Source: Felis catus (lineage: Eukaryota). Taken from it: 64,000 bases of DNA. The DNA lies in NCBI RefSeq assembly GCF_018350175.1, contig NC_058369.1, positions 10,976,001 to 11,040,000 on the forward strand, given 5' to 3'. Shown in pieces: positions 62,177-64,000 of this stretch. The translations under genes were made by a program, and so were the position numbers. Positions within the stretch are counted from its first letter, which is position 1, and each line of letters starts with the position of its first letter. A model generated the notes under the pieces. The model ran no database searches, had not been told where the DNA came from, and saw only the letters and a program-made list of their open reading frames with translations.

Positions 62177-63145
62177 ATGGGACCAAGCAATGATACCCAA
62201 ATTTCAGAATTTTTTCTTCTGGGATTATCAAATGAACCAGAATTACAGCCCCTCATATTTGGACTTTTCTTCTCCATGTACTTGATCAGTGTCTTTGGAA
62301 ACCTGCTCATCATCCTGGCTGTCAGCTCTGCCTCCCACCTCCACACGCCTATGTATTTCTTTCTCTCCATCCTGTCCTTTGTGGACATTTGTGTCACTTC
62401 TACCATCATCCCAAAGATGTTGGTAAATATACAGACACAGACTAAAATTATAACCTATACAGGATGCATCAGCCAGATCTATTTTTCCACACTCTTTGCA
62501 GGCTGGGACAACTTTCTCCTGGCCGTGATGGCCTATGACCGCTTCGTGGCCATCTGTCAACCCCTGCACTACACGGTCATCATGAACCCCCGGCTCTGTG
62601 GACTGCTGGCTCTGGTGTCCTGGATCACGAGTGTCCTTAATTCCTTGTTACAAAGCTTAATGGTGCTGCGATTGTCCTTCTGTACAAACTCAGAAATCCC
62701 TCACTTTTTCTGTGAACTCAATCAGATGACCCAGCTTGCCTGTTCTGATACCTTTCTGAACGACACAGTGATGTATATTTCAACTGTGTTGCTGGCCGGT
62801 GGTCCCCTTGCTGGGATCCTTTACTCTTACTCTAAGATTATTTCCTCTCTACGTAGAATCCCATCAGCTCAGGGCAAGTATAAAGCATTTTCCACCTGTG
62901 CGTCTCACCTCTCAGTTGTCTCCTTATTTTATTGCACGGTCCTGGAAGGGTACCTTATCTCCTCTGCTACCCAGAACTCCCACTCAAGTGCAACAGCCTC
63001 GGTGATGTACACGGTGGTCACGCCCATGCTGAACCCCTTCATCTACAGCCTGAGGAACAAAGACATAAAGGGAGCTCTGAGGAGATCCTTCAGGATGGCA
63101 GGGACAAAAGGGACCATCGTCCTGCTGGTGAAGAAGTGCCCTTGA
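62177..63145 (+). CDS. Olfactory receptor, OR7A-like, 322 aa, intact ORF
   Basis: Start MGPSNDTQ (M43 of the 364-aa ORF) after acceptor AG 62150-62151; [36 protein letters not shown]; ends KKCP. Confidence 0.93.
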   Translation: MGPSNDTQISEFFLLGLSNEPELQPLIFGLFFSMYLISVFGNLLIILAVSSASHLHTPMYFFLSILSFVDICVTSTIIPKMLVNIQTQTKIITYTGCISQIYFSTLFAGWDNFLLAVMAYDRFVAICQPLHYTVIMNPRLCGLLALVSWITSVLNSLLQSLMVLRLSFCTNSEIPHFFCELNQMTQLACSDTFLNDTVMYISTVLLAGGPLAGILYSYSKIISSLRRIPSAQGKYKAFSTCASHLSVVSLFYCTVLEGYLISSATQNSHSSATASVMYTVVTPMLNPFIYSLRNKDIKGALRRSFRMAGTKGTIVLLVKKCP

Positions 63146-63779
63146 TTGCAGGGTCAAAGCCATGATTCTTTGATCATTGTGACACAGAATTTGCTCTTAT
63201 GTATTTCCCGAAATTTCCATTTCTTAGAAGTCAGCTTCTCTGTACAATTTCAGAAAACTCAGTTTACTAAGCTTTCTGCTCTAAGACACATACAAGTTTT
63301 TCCCTTGGTCCATTTTCATGCCTTCCCACAGTTCTGACTTTGGATCGGACATATTTGAAAATTTCCGTGTCTTTTACAGGACAACTTTGATTTCTGAAAA
63401 ACGGTTACTTCATAAATGACATATATCATGCCAAGTACAATTTGTCTAGACTTCCTGAAGGAATAATCAATCCTGAGTTGTTTTATTCAGATGGATAAAA
63501 CTACACTTGGCATCTAAGGCCGTTTATGTAATTTCGCCATAGAGGAAAATAGGAAGTCACGATTTTCACTTTGGCTCTGTCATCAGTCTTGTTTATTCCT
63601 TAACCACTCTTCCTGATAACGTTGATTTTATCATTGTCCCCGTAAGCCTCAATGCACTGACAATGAGGCCACAGGCTAAGAATGCCCGCAGTACACATCT
63701 GGGTCCGTGATACTTGTGATTCATACCTGCGCCAATGTTATGGATGCACTGTCCCTCATCATCATCATCGTTGTTGTTG

Positions 63780-64000
63780 TTGAGCTTGTTAAAGTGTAAT
63801 TGACATCACATTGTATTAGTTGCCGGTGTACAATGCAATCATTCAATATTTGTATATATTGCAAAGTGATCACAATAAACTCAGTTAACATCTATCACAG
63901 TATTTACTTACAAACCTATTTTCATCATGAGCATTTTCAAGATCCCCTCTTCTAGCTACTGTCAAATATATAATAGTTTGTTGACTATAGTCACCAGGTT
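63780..64000 (-). mobile_element. Old L1 3' end fragment
   Basis: AAGTGTAATTGACAT..GTATATATTGCAAAGTGATCAC..AACATCTATCAC motifs. Confidence 0.65.

Overview
Mammalian (carnivore, most likely felid, judged from young SINEC_Fc-type SINEs) olfactory receptor cluster. Five intact single-coding-exon class II OR genes are present: four OR7A-like (6438-7370 -, 31375-32307 +, 44446-45429 +, 62177-63145 +) and one OR7C1-like (17052-18017 -). Each OR7A-like gene has a paralogous ~0.4-0.5 kb block 2.5-6.5 kb upstream with O/E(EBF)-like sites, usually a TAATGAG homeodomain site, a TATA-like element and a splice donor; this is the probable promoter plus non-coding exon 1. Most of the rest is transposon-derived: a degraded full-length L1, many L1 3' fragments (four 5'-inverted), about 30 Can-SINEs, solo LTRs, MLT1, MER21, MER5A and MER20. 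I see no convincing evidence of a wholly new biological system. The most interesting signals are the promoter modules and their copy-specific changes, three different C-terminal tails, patchy gene-conversion tracts, a SINE/SINE/LTR nest in an OR intron, and two probable deletion junctions. All alignments and family assignments were made by eye or from memory, not by database search.
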